From a bacterium (GTDB lineage: Bacteria; Electryoneota; Electryoneia; Electryoneales; Electryoneaceae): 64,000 nt of DNA. The stretch is from the NCBI GenBank assembly GCA_963675295.2, contig CAXXKJ010000002.1, positions 2,496,001-2,560,000 on the forward strand. The letters run 5' to 3'. The translations under genes and the position numbers were made by a program. Positions 42,349-52,446 of the stretch are shown here, one piece after another (position 1 is the stretch's first letter; each line of letters opens with the position of its first letter). Below the pieces are notes generated by a model, which saw only the letters and a program-made list of their open reading frames with translations, was not told the DNA's origin and made no database searches.

Positions 42349-42936
42349 TTACTCAGCCTTGTCCAGCTCGGCATCGATCACGATGGTAACATCCTCACCG
42401 ACGAGCAGATTGCCCGCTTCCAGAGCCTTGTTCCAGGTCAGGCCCCAGTCGGTACGGTTGATCACCGCTTCCGCGCTGGCGGCGGCCTTGGTGGTGCCCA
42501 TGAAGTTGATCGGGTCACTCGGACCTTCGACCATCAGCTCGATCTCCTTGGTGACGCCACGAATGGTCAGGTCACCGAGCACCTTCAGCTGCTTCTGGCC
42601 GACGGCGGTGATCTTCTTGCTCTGGAAGGTTATCGTCGGATACTTCTCCGCCCAGAAAAAGTCTTCGCTGCGCAGGTGTCCATCACGCTTCTCGTTGCCC
42701 GTATCAATCGAGTTGACGTTGATCGTCACCTTGACGCTTGACTCGTTCGGATTCTCTGCGTTGTAGTTCAATTCAGCGTCGTAATCGGTGAACTCACCCC
42801 AGACGTTGGTCAAAATGTGCTTGACCTTGAACTTGACGGCGGTATGAGACTTGTCAACCAACCACTCACCAGCGACGGCACCCTGCACGGAAACCAGCGC
42901 AAACGCTACGACGAACAATGCAATGAACTTCTTCAT
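42349..42936 (-). CDS. YceI-family periplasmic protein
   Basis: Signal peptide; SIDTGNEKRDGHLRSEDFF, GDLTIRGVTK, INRTDWG. Confidence 0.93.
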   Translation of the reverse strand: MKKFIALFVVAFALVSVQGAVAGEWLVDKSHTAVKFKVKHILTNVWGEFTDYDAELNYNAENPNESSVKVTINVNSIDTGNEKRDGHLRSEDFFWAEKYPTITFQSKKITAVGQKQLKVLGDLTIRGVTKEIELMVEGPSDPINFMGTTKAAASAEAVINRTDWGLTWNKALEAGNLLVGEDVTIVIDAELDKAE

Positions 42937-43004
42937 CTCTTTCTCTCCTCGGTTGCAGTTTTCCTGAAATGGAAATGTTGCTTGGTATCGTTTTAAACTG
43001 CTTG

Positions 43005-43466
43005 TTACTTGTTTTCCACTCTGCCATGAACGCTTTCATTCAGCCGCTGATTAAGGGTTTCGAACTGCGACAGCTCGTCTTCGCTCAGCACTGAAAACGT
43101 GTCCAGCAGCAACTTGTCATGGGCCGGAAGCAGGCTGGAAATCAGCGTTTTCCCGTCATCGGTCAGTCCCACCTGCGACACTCGGCGGTCGCTTTCCACG
43201 CTGCAGCGGGTGACCAGTCCACGTTTCTCGAGATTGTCCACGACGACGGTGATATTTCCCGTTGTGCGCTGGCTGTGTTCCGCCAATTCACGCTGGTTCA
43301 TCGGTCCGTACAGGAATAATGATTCCATCACGGTGAACTGCGTCGAGCTGAGCCGGTTGCCGTCTGTGCGGAGGTCACCGTGGTGCTGCAGTGCTTCGGC
43401 GGTGCAACGCATCGACCGGATCAAATCCCGGATTCGGCTGACCTGTTTGGGACAGGCTTCCTTCAT
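43005..43466 (-). CDS. MarR-family transcriptional regulator
   Basis: VVDNLEKRGLV...DRR...LTDDG. Confidence 0.92.
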   Translation of the reverse strand: MKEACPKQVSRIRDLIRSMRCTAEALQHHGDLRTDGNRLSSTQFTVMESLFLYGPMNQRELAEHSQRTTGNITVVVDNLEKRGLVTRCSVESDRRVSQVGLTDDGKTLISSLLPAHDKLLLDTFSVLSEDELSQFETLNQRLNESVHGRVENK

Positions 43467-43489
43467 GGCACGGTCCGTTGTGTATCAAA

Positions 43490-43525
43490 GTTGAACGGTT
43501 CAACATTAGAACGTTCAATGTTGAA
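43490..43525. promoter_or_regulatory. Candidate MarR operator (overlapping palindromes)
   Basis: gttgaac-g-gttcaac and ttcaacatt-agaacgttc-aatgttgaa, just upstream of marR. Confidence 0.65.
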
Positions 43526-43625
43526 TCATATCCACGCAAGTGTTATGCCTGCCTAACTCAGAAGTTCCTGGTTGGAGAGAGGATTGAGAGGCATATGGAG
43601 CGAATGGCTAACTATGAAAGGAGAT

Positions 43626-43655
43626 AAAGGCCCTCGCAGTTGGAGCTGCGAGGGC
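43626..43655 (-). terminator. Terminator of the MFS transporter
   Basis: Minus strand: gccctcgcag-loop-ctgcgagggc-cttt. Confidence 0.65.
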
Positions 43656-43688
43656 TGGGGAATGCGTGGGAAAGCGTTGCAGAATGGA

Positions 43689-45224
43689 TCAGGCGTCCAT
43701 GTCGGCCCACTTTTTCGCCATCTGGTTGAAGATGACGAGCGCGACAATTGCGACGACACCGATGGCCGCCAGCGGTAGCCATACGGCGTATTGTGGCTGA
43801 TAAGTATCCCACAGCAGCTTGGTTGTCTGAACGGGATCCATGCCGATCACGCTCTGCAATCGATCCATGGCTTCCGGGCGTGTGACGCCGACCAGATCGG
43901 CCAGTTTGTCTGGATTGCCATCCCACAGGCCAACCTTGCCTTCGCCGACAGCGGTATGCTCGAGCAGGTATTTCTGTGCGAGCACGGCTTTGTCACCAAA
44001 GTGACCGTACAGATAGCCGGCGATCTTCGAACCGGCGAAGCCGCCGATCCCGACCGGGATGTTTACGTAGCCAAGGTACAGGCCTTTCTTTCCGGCCGGG
44101 GCGATCAGGCCGAGGTACTCGTTCTTCTTTGGTCCGGTCAGCATTTCACCGAAGGAGAACCCGGCGACACCGAGCAAGAAGATGTAGCCCGAGGTGGTCA
44201 GCCCTGCGATCAGGATACCTGCTGTCGCGACGGCCATACCGATGATCATCACGGCGAGCACGCGCATGTTGGATACAACCTTGGCCACCACCAGCATGAA
44301 AGCGACGATCAGCAGCGCGTTCAGGTTGAGCAGGATTTCCTGCGGAACCATCAGTCCGCGATCCGTGGCAACCGCCCAACTGTGGAAGAAGGGGATCGGT
44401 GAATTCTGGAACGCGTGCGCGAGGTGACCGGAATCGACCCAGTCGGTGATGAAGTTCGGGTGCAAGTCCCAGAGCTGGTACATCATCAGCCAGAAGCAGC
44501 TCATGATCAGCAGCCAGGCGACCAGGCGCGGCTCGACGATGTTCTTCATCGTGCGCACAAACACCTGGATCGGGCTTTCGGTCTTGTCCGCGCCGGACTG
44601 GAAGTCCTTGAAGGTGAACAACATGCCGTAGTTCAGCGCGGTGATCCCGGCGCCGGTGAGGAACAGCACCTGCCACGAGTATTCAGTACGAATGAACGCC
44701 GCCAGCATCGGAGCAACCGCCGCGCCGACATTCACGATCCAGTAGAAGATGCCCCAGCCAACGGACGAGTTCGACTTGGTCAGGTTCTGTGCGAGCGAAC
44801 CCTGCAGCGAAGGCTTGAAGAACGCCGTACCAGTCGCGAGCACCATGATCGCTGTGAAGAAGCCCCAGAACGAGGTCAGGTAGGCCATCATCACGTAGCC
44901 GGCGATGTTCAGCGTCACCGAGAAGAAGAGGGTCTTTTTGTAGCCATAGCGGTCGGCATACCCGCCGGTGAACATCGGCAGGATCGACTGGAACACGAAC
45001 CACCAGGCGTAAATCGTGCCTTTCTGAGCCGCGGTAAAGTGGAGGCCGTGGACCTCATCCGCCTGCATAATGTAGATCGCGACTACGGAACGGATCAGGA
45101 AATACGCCATCCGTTCGAACATCTCGATTCCGTTGAGCATCCAATAGCCCATCGGAAATCCAAACATCCAGAACCCCTCGCCGGGCTTCTGCATTGGGCC
45201 GCCGGTCTGTGCGGGTGTCGCCAT
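43689..45224 (-). CDS. MFS transporter (POT/peptide-transporter-like)
   Basis: EMFERMAY, GYADRYG, FFKP, FYWIVNVG. Confidence 0.85.
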   Translation of the reverse strand: MATPAQTGGPMQKPGEGFWMFGFPMGYWMLNGIEMFERMAYFLIRSVVAIYIMQADEVHGLHFTAAQKGTIYAWWFVFQSILPMFTGGYADRYGYKKTLFFSVTLNIAGYVMMAYLTSFWGFFTAIMVLATGTAFFKPSLQGSLAQNLTKSNSSVGWGIFYWIVNVGAAVAPMLAAFIRTEYSWQVLFLTGAGITALNYGMLFTFKDFQSGADKTESPIQVFVRTMKNIVEPRLVAWLLIMSCFWLMMYQLWDLHPNFITDWVDSGHLAHAFQNSPIPFFHSWAVATDRGLMVPQEILLNLNALLIVAFMLVVAKVVSNMRVLAVMIIGMAVATAGILIAGLTTSGYIFLLGVAGFSFGEMLTGPKKNEYLGLIAPAGKKGLYLGYVNIPVGIGGFAGSKIAGYLYGHFGDKAVLAQKYLLEHTAVGEGKVGLWDGNPDKLADLVGVTRPEAMDRLQSVIGMDPVQTTKLLWDTYQPQYAVWLPLAAIGVVAIVALVIFNQMAKKWADMDA

Positions 45225-45353
45225 GCCTTCCCTCGTCTCTCGGTGGTCGTTGGTTAGTTTGTTTATGTGGAGTGAAGCCTGAATCTAACCGCGTTTTCGT
45301 ACCGGGGCAAATCAGCAAGGCAGAAAGGTTGGAGTGGGCCGGAGCGGGTAAGG

Positions 45354-46727
45354 TCAGCTTTGTTTGTTCAGCAGAGACGGACCAAGGATCAGGATCGATA
45401 AGCCGAGCCCAATGTAGATTGGATGGACCTCCAGCGGATAGCCAGATCCATAGCTGCCGAATGTGCTCCAGATTGCAGTCACACCGCCGCTGATCAGCAT
45501 CGAGAGCAGAACACGACCACGCGGTAGTGGGCGGCTGCGGTACAACGCAGCGACCATCGGCAACAGTAACGCGGAGGTTGCGATGGAGCCGAGGTCATGG
45601 AAGATAACGATCGCTGACTGTTTCCATGCTGCGATCGAAATGGCGGCGATTGAGGCGACAATCAACCCGACGCGCGTTGGAGTGACCGTGTCGCTGACAC
45701 CGGAACGGATGCGTTTCCAGAGGTCGTGGCCCAACGTTTGTCCAGCGAGCAGCATGTAGGAGTCAACCGTCGAGAGGACCACCGAGACCAGCGAGACGAA
45801 GAAAATGCCGAGCAGGCCGACCGGGAGCAGGTGTTCGGCGAGCAGCGGGTAGGACAGCATCGCCTCGGCGTCACCGCCGAGGATCGCGCGGGCGTACAAT
45901 CCGGAGAAGGTGGTCAGGAAGTCGAAGACCAGCCAGAACGCGACTGATACCAACAGCCCGCCACGCGCCACCTTTTCACTGCGTGCGGCGTAGCAGCGCT
46001 GGTAGAAGGTCGGCTCGATCAATGTCTGCAACGCGATGAAGTACCAGACCAGGATGGCAGGCAGACCGAGCCCGCCGGTGGGCGAGAGGGAGGCGTCCGG
46101 CAGGTTGGCTTTCAAAAAGTCCCAGCCACCGTACTGGCTCGCTGCCATTATAATCAGGATAATGAAGCCGACGTACATCAGGATAAACTGCGGCAGGTCG
46201 GTGCGGATCACATTGCGGAACCCGCCGTGCAGGACATACAGCAGGCTGAATGCGCTGCCCGCGATCATCCACAGCAGCAACGACCCACCGAGGAACCACT
46301 GCAGCAACTCGCCGAGCATCAGCACATAGGCCGCCGGAACCGTGATCAGGAAGACGATGAATGTGCCGGTGATTGCGACTGGTTTGCCGTACGCGGCTTC
46401 CAGCTGGTCCGGGATGGAGAGGAACTTGCTGCGGCGGGCGCGTCCCGCGAGAAAGAACGCAAACAGCAGCGCGGCGATGTAGTAGGGCACGCCGAACACC
46501 AGCCAGTTGCTGATGCCATAGAGGTAGGAATACTCACCGACCGCGAGGATGCTGCCGTACCACGTCGACACCAGCGTCGCGACAAACGCCGGGCCGGTCA
46601 GCCGCCGTCCCGCGAGCAGGAATTCCTCCGCGCTCGATCGTTCGCGCCGTTTTGCCCGCAGCGCGATGATCAGCAGGAAGAGGAAGTAGATGGCGACAAT
46701 CGCCGTGTCGATGCTGCCAAGCCGCAT
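45354..46727 (-). CDS. Sodium:solute symporter (likely thiamine or precursor uptake)
   Basis: FLLAGRRL, TDLPQF, YQRCYAA, LSTVDS; lies downstream of the TPP-regulated receptor. Confidence 0.85.
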   Translation of the reverse strand: MRLGSIDTAIVAIYFLFLLIIALRAKRRERSSAEEFLLAGRRLTGPAFVATLVSTWYGSILAVGEYSYLYGISNWLVFGVPYYIAALLFAFFLAGRARRSKFLSIPDQLEAAYGKPVAITGTFIVFLITVPAAYVLMLGELLQWFLGGSLLLWMIAGSAFSLLYVLHGGFRNVIRTDLPQFILMYVGFIILIIMAASQYGGWDFLKANLPDASLSPTGGLGLPAILVWYFIALQTLIEPTFYQRCYAARSEKVARGGLLVSVAFWLVFDFLTTFSGLYARAILGGDAEAMLSYPLLAEHLLPVGLLGIFFVSLVSVVLSTVDSYMLLAGQTLGHDLWKRIRSGVSDTVTPTRVGLIVASIAAISIAAWKQSAIVIFHDLGSIATSALLLPMVAALYRSRPLPRGRVLLSMLISGGVTAIWSTFGSYGSGYPLEVHPIYIGLGLSILILGPSLLNKQS

Positions 46728-46733
46728 AAATAG

Positions 46734-46768
46734 ACAGTCGTCAGTGGTCAGTGATCAGTAGTCAGTGA
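46734..46768. repeat. Heptamer tandem array (TCAGTNN x5)
   Basis: acagtcg tcagtgg tcagtga tcagtag tcagtga. Confidence 0.8.
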
Positions 46769-46771
46769 AAC

Positions 46772-46835
46772 AAAAAAAGCGGCGACCCGGGGGCATCGCA
46801 TGGGGGACGACTGCCCCCGGATCATGGTGTGCCGC
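46772..46835 (-). terminator. Terminator-like hairpin between the TonB receptor and the symporter
   Basis: Minus strand: gcggc...ccgggggca-loop-tgcccccgg...gccgc-TTTTTTT. Confidence 0.6.
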
Positions 46836-46961
46836 GTGTAACGTGTCATCAAGGCCCGAGTTGATGCCCGCGGGAGCTGGGCTACCGCGGCCTATCCATC
46901 GGTATCGGGTCCGCGTCAGCGAGCTGACACGGGCACGTTCAAGATGGACCATTGCAATCGC

Positions 46962-49454
46962 CTACAACGTCACTTTGATACCAGCGAAGTAGTGTCGCGG
47001 GGCGGCGGGGATGACGTACACACCCCACGCATCCGCACTGCCGGCGATGTTGTACTCCTCATCGAACAGGTTGCGCACGTGCAACGACAGCTCTACCGAC
47101 GGTGCGCTGGCGTAATTGAACAATGCGCGCGACCCATTCGGCCCGATCACCGCCAGACGTGCCTGCAGGTCAACGCGGGTGTACGCGTCAAGCGATCGAT
47201 CCTGGTCAGCGATATCGAGCGACGTCGGGTTGGAGAAGTTGCGTTCCGATTCGATCAAATTTTCGGTATTGGCGACAAAGCGTTCGCCGAAATAATGCGC
47301 GCTGACACGGAAATCATACCACGCGCGTCTAACACCGAACGCGAGGTTGAAAATCTGCTCCGGCGCGTTGATGATCTGCTTGTCGGAGAGGTCCAGCTCG
47401 GCGACCAGCGTGGTGAAGCTGGCATTGTCGTAGAACAGGACATCGGTGGTGTAATCGAGGAACCGGTTCTTTGAGAGAGTAGCGTTTCCTTCCGCGAACA
47501 GGCCGTTATCCCACTGGTAGCGGGCAGCGAGTTCGAAACCGAGGCGCTGTGTGCGGCACGCGTTCTCAATTACCGGCTGGCCGAGCACGTCATACTGGCC
47601 GATGTCGACGATCTCGTCCTCAACGTTCATCAGGTACCCGGTGAGGCCGAGGAACCAGTTACGGCGTGACCATTCCGCGCCGAGTTCGAAATCGTCCAGG
47701 GTCTCCGGCTTGATCTCCGGATCACGGTTAAAATTGTTGTTCGGGTAACGAATCACCGGGTAGCCGGTCTCAGCCCAGTAGTGGTCTTTCAGGCGCGGTT
47801 CGCGGGTGATGCGGCTGTAGCTGCCCCAGAAGCGAATGTCACCGGGTGCGAGGTACGACGCGCCGAGTCGCGGCATGACGAACGTGTACGGCTGGGTGAA
47901 GGTCTTCGCGTTGAACTTGTCGTTGAGCACCTCGTACTCGATGTTCGCGAGCTGCACCGCGCCGGTGACGGAGAGTTGCGGGGAAAGCTGCCACTTGTCC
48001 TGTACATACCCCGAGATGATGCGTTTCCGGCCTTCGTAGTCATACCAGATGTGGTTCGGCGTGGTACCATCCGGCAGTACCGATCCCCAGAGCAGTTCGC
48101 CGTAGCGGCGGCTGCGGTGGCTGATGAACTGGCCGCCGATATCGACGGTATGATCGCCGGTATTCCACGTCAACCGTGGTTGCCAGCCGCCCTGGTTGTT
48201 GTTCACGTGTTGCCGCGCAACCATATCGCCAATGGCGAGCGAGTCCGGCGCGTCCAGCGACCAGAAGTCCCAGCCGTAGCCCCACCAGGACGGGTAGTAG
48301 ACATCGAAGTAGCCGTTGCCCTGGATGTAGAACAACGTGTTTTGCAGGCGGATGCTGTCGTTGATGTCCCACGTATTATGCAGCTGATAATGGGGCTGGT
48401 AGTAGTTGTCGGTCTCGTCGTAATTGCCCAGCTCGGGGTAGGATAGCGGGTTCTGGGTGCGATCCTGTGCGAGCTGTTCGCGAGTGACGCCGGAGTGCGC
48501 CATCCCGTTCTTGATCGGACCACCGAAGAGCACGAGGCGTGTGGTCATATTCTCGTCCACCCGTGCGCCGCTGAGGTAGTAGCTGAAGTAGTCAGCCCAG
48601 GAATCGTCGCGGTAGCCGTCCGAAGTGATCCGTGAGAATCGAGCGTTGAGGAAGTACTTCTCTCCGATCGGGCCGGACTGCAGGTTGACCGAACCGCGCT
48701 GGGTGTTGTAGCTGCCGAGGCCATATTCGGCGGTGAGTGCGGGCTTTCGGCTGAAGGTGGAGGTTTGCACGTCAATCGTGCCACCAACGGCAGGCAGGCC
48801 GAGCAGGGCGGACCCGGCACCACGCTGCACCTGCACGTCTTCCACATTCGCGCCGAAGTCAGCGAGATCAACCCAGTAGACGTAAAAGTCTTCCGGATCG
48901 TTGAGCATCACGCCATTCAGCAGCACGCTTACCCGTTTGAAATCGAATCCGCGCAGGCTGAGGTAGCTGTAGCCGAGGGCGTTGCCGGCGTCCGTGGTCG
49001 TGGTCAAACTGGGAATGCCTTCGAGGGCGACGGGCAAGTCCTGGGCGTAGTAGCGGAGGTCCAGTTCATCGGAGGTGATGTTGGTGAACGGGACCGTCGC
49101 GGTCTTGCGTTCGACACGGTCGATGGTGAGTGTGACATCCTCGCCGAGATACGCTTTCGGGCGCAGCTCGACGCCGATCACGGTCGTCTGGTCGGTGTTC
49201 AGGGTGAACGTTTCCGGCCAATAGCTGACGTGGCTGACGGTCATCGTGAACGCGCCGCCCGGCACACCGAGCAGGGTGAACTGCCCGTCCGCGTCGGTGG
49301 AAGCGCCGAAGGAAACGGTGGATACCAGCACGCTGGCATTTACGACCGGTTCGCCGGTTGCCTGGTCGACCACCGAACCGGTTACAGTTGCGGCCGAAGA
49401 CACGGATACAGCGAAGAGCAGAGACAGGAATACAGCGGTCAAGAGGGTACGCAT
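46962..49454 (-). CDS. TonB-dependent receptor (probable thiamine uptake)
   Basis: Signal peptide, carboxypeptidase-regulatory-like N-domain, plug (LSLRGF...LNDPED...VQRG), C-terminal RNLFDEEY...GIKVTL; TPP riboswitch upstream. Confidence 0.92.
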   Translation of the reverse strand: MRTLLTAVFLSLLFAVSVSSAATVTGSVVDQATGEPVVNASVLVSTVSFGASTDADGQFTLLGVPGGAFTMTVSHVSYWPETFTLNTDQTTVIGVELRPKAYLGEDVTLTIDRVERKTATVPFTNITSDELDLRYYAQDLPVALEGIPSLTTTTDAGNALGYSYLSLRGFDFKRVSVLLNGVMLNDPEDFYVYWVDLADFGANVEDVQVQRGAGSALLGLPAVGGTIDVQTSTFSRKPALTAEYGLGSYNTQRGSVNLQSGPIGEKYFLNARFSRITSDGYRDDSWADYFSYYLSGARVDENMTTRLVLFGGPIKNGMAHSGVTREQLAQDRTQNPLSYPELGNYDETDNYYQPHYQLHNTWDINDSIRLQNTLFYIQGNGYFDVYYPSWWGYGWDFWSLDAPDSLAIGDMVARQHVNNNQGGWQPRLTWNTGDHTVDIGGQFISHRSRRYGELLWGSVLPDGTTPNHIWYDYEGRKRIISGYVQDKWQLSPQLSVTGAVQLANIEYEVLNDKFNAKTFTQPYTFVMPRLGASYLAPGDIRFWGSYSRITREPRLKDHYWAETGYPVIRYPNNNFNRDPEIKPETLDDFELGAEWSRRNWFLGLTGYLMNVEDEIVDIGQYDVLGQPVIENACRTQRLGFELAARYQWDNGLFAEGNATLSKNRFLDYTTDVLFYDNASFTTLVAELDLSDKQIINAPEQIFNLAFGVRRAWYDFRVSAHYFGERFVANTENLIESERNFSNPTSLDIADQDRSLDAYTRVDLQARLAVIGPNGSRALFNYASAPSVELSLHVRNLFDEEYNIAGSADAWGVYVIPAAPRHYFAGIKVTL

Positions 49455-49514
49455 GGCGCCAATCTCCCAAAAATATGGTTTCGCCGTCGGGGAGTTTGGC
49501 TTGTGAAATGAGTA

Positions 49515-49540
49515 AACCCACACGGGTTGCTGTGTGGGTT
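49515..49540 (-). terminator. Attenuator hairpin (TPP riboswitch expression platform)
   Basis: Minus strand: aacccacac-loop-gtgtgggtt followed by a T-rich stretch. Confidence 0.55.
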
Positions 49541-49574
49541 CGTCGCGGCAATGCACATCTACAATGCTTGTCGC

Positions 49575-49664
49575 GCCGAATCCCTACGCCGGTATTACCC
49601 GGATCAGGTTCGTCGGGTGTGATCTCAGGTCCGCATTTTTGAGTTGCGAACCACCCCGAACGGC
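49575..49664 (-). ncRNA. TPP riboswitch
   Basis: Minus strand: GGGGTG...CTGAGA..ACACCC..GAACCTGATCCGGGTAATACCGGCGTAGGGA. Confidence 0.96.
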
Positions 49665-49727
49665 GTTAGACAGAACTTACAAGGGACGAGCCGGGCGGAC
49701 AAGTGCCTGCCTCGGTCGCTGCTCGAA

Positions 49728-50990
49728 TCAGAGGGCGGGCAGCACCTTCCCGCGCACATCTCCGAAGCCGACACGGTACCCATCGCCCTGGCAATAGCCG
49801 CTCATAACCACGGTATCGCCGTCCTGCAGGAACTTGCGGGTCTCACCGTTCGGCAGCTCGAGCGGCTCGGTACCACGCCAGGACAATTCGAGCATCGATC
49901 CGCGCTGGTGCTTCTCCGGGCCACTGATAGTGCCGGAAGCGAGCAGGTCGCCGGTGCGCAGGTTGCAGCCGGTGACGGTGTGATGGGCGAGCTGCTGCGC
50001 CGGGGTCCAGTAAAGATAGTTGAGGTTGGACTCAGCGATGCGATGCGGCTGTTCCATGCCCTCGGCCTGGAGCAGCACGTCCAGTTTGATGTCCAGCGAC
50101 CAGTGGTCTTTCGGTTTAAGGTAGTCGAACGGTTCCGGGTCCTGCTTGGGACCGGGCACGCGGAACGGGTTCAGCGCGTCCAGAGTGACCACCCACGGAC
50201 TGATCGAGGTGGCGAAGTTCTTCGCGTTGAACGGGCCAAGCGGTTGATACTCCCACTTCTGGATGTCACGTGCGGACCAGTCGTTTACGATCACGAATCC
50301 GAAGATGTAATCCTCAGCCTGGTCGATCGGGATCGGGTGTCCGAGTTCATTGTTGCCGGCGGTGAAGAAACCCATCTCGAGCTCGAAGTCGAACAGGCGG
50401 CACGGAGTGTAGACCGGTGTGTCGCTGTCCGCCGGTAGCACCTGCCCCCACGGACGGTGGACATCCTGCCCGCTGACGATGATTGAGGATGCGCGTCCAT
50501 GATATCCCACCGGCAGATGCAGGTAGTTCGGCATCAATGCGTTCTCCGGCCCACGGAACATCGTACCGACGTTGAACGCATGGTGTTTCGATGAATAAAA
50601 ATCCGTGTAATCGCCGATTTTCACCGGAAGATGGAGTGTGACTTCATCCATCGCATGAAGAGCTGCGCGCCGCAGTTCAGCGTTGTCCTTAAGATCCGGA
50701 TCCTCGCCGGTAAGCAACGCCTGGATGGTAGCGCGAGCCTCCAACCATGCCGGACGGCCGAGGTCCATGAACGGGTTCAACGAGTCCTGCGCGAACACGC
50801 TCTTATGGTTTAGCTCCGGACCGTTGAACAGGTTGGCTGCCTCGAGCACGGCGAGGTCGAGCACCTGATCGCCGATCGCGACGCCGACACGTGGCGAATC
50901 ACCGATCTTGATGGTGAAGATGCCGTAGGGCAGGTTTTCAACCGGGAAATGGCTGTCCTTCGGGATATCGATGATGCAAGGCAATGGCAT
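49728..50990 (-). CDS. fahA: Fumarylacetoacetase
   Basis: [53 protein letters not shown]. Confidence 0.96.
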   Translation of the reverse strand: MPLPCIIDIPKDSHFPVENLPYGIFTIKIGDSPRVGVAIGDQVLDLAVLEAANLFNGPELNHKSVFAQDSLNPFMDLGRPAWLEARATIQALLTGEDPDLKDNAELRRAALHAMDEVTLHLPVKIGDYTDFYSSKHHAFNVGTMFRGPENALMPNYLHLPVGYHGRASSIIVSGQDVHRPWGQVLPADSDTPVYTPCRLFDFELEMGFFTAGNNELGHPIPIDQAEDYIFGFVIVNDWSARDIQKWEYQPLGPFNAKNFATSISPWVVTLDALNPFRVPGPKQDPEPFDYLKPKDHWSLDIKLDVLLQAEGMEQPHRIAESNLNYLYWTPAQQLAHHTVTGCNLRTGDLLASGTISGPEKHQRGSMLELSWRGTEPLELPNGETRKFLQDGDTVVMSGYCQGDGYRVGFGDVRGKVLPAL

Positions 50991-51037
50991 GGGGAAAAGT
51001 TCCGTGTTTAAAGGTGTCTCGTTGCCGCCAGAACGGT

Positions 51038-52078
51038 TCAGCGCAACAACTTGAGATCGACGAGATCCTCGCGGGGTTCGTCGAAGCTGCAACTGCCGTA
51101 AGAAATGAACTGCGCCGCCCGCGCTTTCTCGAGCTCATCCAACGGTACCGACAGGTTGCGCCAGGTGAACGTGTTGTCATTGAGCGTAAACGCGGACGGG
51201 TCTTCGTCGCTGATGATCTCGATCAATTGCTGAACGTTGAGCTTGTTTGTCCGTCCCAGCAGCGCAGCGCCGAAAACGTTGAGGAATCCGTGCATCTTGC
51301 CGCCGAATTCCGGATAGTACTCCCGCACCGGGTGATGCAGGCCGGCAGTGGCCTTGAACGGGATCTCGCAACGGATTACGTGCGACAGGGCGGAGGCGAC
51401 CACCTCGGGTGCCGGGACTTCCTGCGGATAAACACCGCCGCAACGCAGTTTGAAACCGAGGTGAATCCGTTCGTCCTCGGGCTGTTTATTGTACCACTGG
51501 ATCGCGGTCGCGGCGTGGTCGAACAGATCATCATGGGTGGACTGGAAGTCGTCCTTGAACGTCACCTGCCACGGGATTTCGAAGAACAGATCCAGCGAAT
51601 GGCCGAGTGTATCCAGAGTTGAGCGTTCCACCAGCTCGAAGAACGGCAGCATCTTCTCCGGATTGTCGGGTGCTTTCCCGGGCACTGGAAGGCGCGCTTC
51701 GATCATTTCAATGCGTACCTTCTTACCGTGCTTGCTTTCGAACGAGCGGATCCGTTCCAACGTGCTGTGATAGTTGTCGAGAAAGGAATCGTAGCCGGTG
51801 CCACCCTTGAGGGTGACCGAGAAGCGGAACGGCGGCCGTTCATTGAACAGGTCGGCGTACGCGTCCAGTTCCTGCAGCGCGGTGGACGGTACGATGAAGC
51901 GGGACAGCATCCACGCGTCCTGCTCCGAGCGATAGCGCGCGAAGTTCAGCAGCGCCTGATGCAGCGGCAGGGCGGTCGGGGGAAACATCCCGGCATAATC
52001 GATCAATCCGGACATGAACCGTTGCGCGGCCGGAATTTGTTGATCTACCGTGTACTTTGGAAGCTGTGTCGGACTCAT
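51038..52078 (-). CDS. Hypothetical protein with enzyme-like motifs, upstream of fahA
   Basis: [39 protein letters not shown]; start uncertain (52078-52108). Confidence 0.8.
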   Translation of the reverse strand: MSPTQLPKYTVDQQIPAAQRFMSGLIDYAGMFPPTALPLHQALLNFARYRSEQDAWMLSRFIVPSTALQELDAYADLFNERPPFRFSVTLKGGTGYDSFLDNYHSTLERIRSFESKHGKKVRIEMIEARLPVPGKAPDNPEKMLPFFELVERSTLDTLGHSLDLFFEIPWQVTFKDDFQSTHDDLFDHAATAIQWYNKQPEDERIHLGFKLRCGGVYPQEVPAPEVVASALSHVIRCEIPFKATAGLHHPVREYYPEFGGKMHGFLNVFGAALLGRTNKLNVQQLIEIISDEDPSAFTLNDNTFTWRNLSVPLDELEKARAAQFISYGSCSFDEPREDLVDLKLLR

Positions 52079-52361
52079 GGTCAGATCCATACCTTGGACT
52101 CGTTTCAATTGAACGCGTCATGAAACTGTGTTCGACAGGTGACCGGAAAGTAGGTGTCCCTCACTTTGCCCGCAACCGGCTGCATGGATGCGGACAGGGA
52201 ACAGGGGACGTGAGCGTGGGGTGTAGACAACAGGTGTCGTTGTCACCCCACACGAGTCGCAGAGCTTCTGTTACGATCTCCGAGCCATCGTCACGCACGG
52301 AGTCAGATTAGATCCATGTGAATACGTCAGTTAGCTTATCATCAACTCCACAGGCGCGAAC

Positions 52362-52377
52362 TGGCAACACCTTTGCA
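52362..52377 (+). promoter_or_regulatory. Candidate sigma-54 (-24/-12) promoter
   Basis: TGGCAAcacctTTGCA with canonical GG-N10-GC spacing, ~70 nt upstream of 52447. Confidence 0.55.
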
Positions 52378-52446
52378 TGAGGGCAAGACGGAAAGAAGTG
52401 GGAAGGTTCGCTTCAGGGTTCCCTCCCGGCACAGCGAGGTGGAAAG

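Noticed and set aside
46820-46955. 6S RNA or a known riboswitch
   Set aside because: A partial rod-like fold is possible, but I cannot see diagnostic motifs; kept only as an unassigned structured-RNA finding.
52191-52252. Weak period-7 run plus hairpin (gtggggtg...cacccca)
   Set aside because: Too degenerate to assign to the heptamer family by eye.
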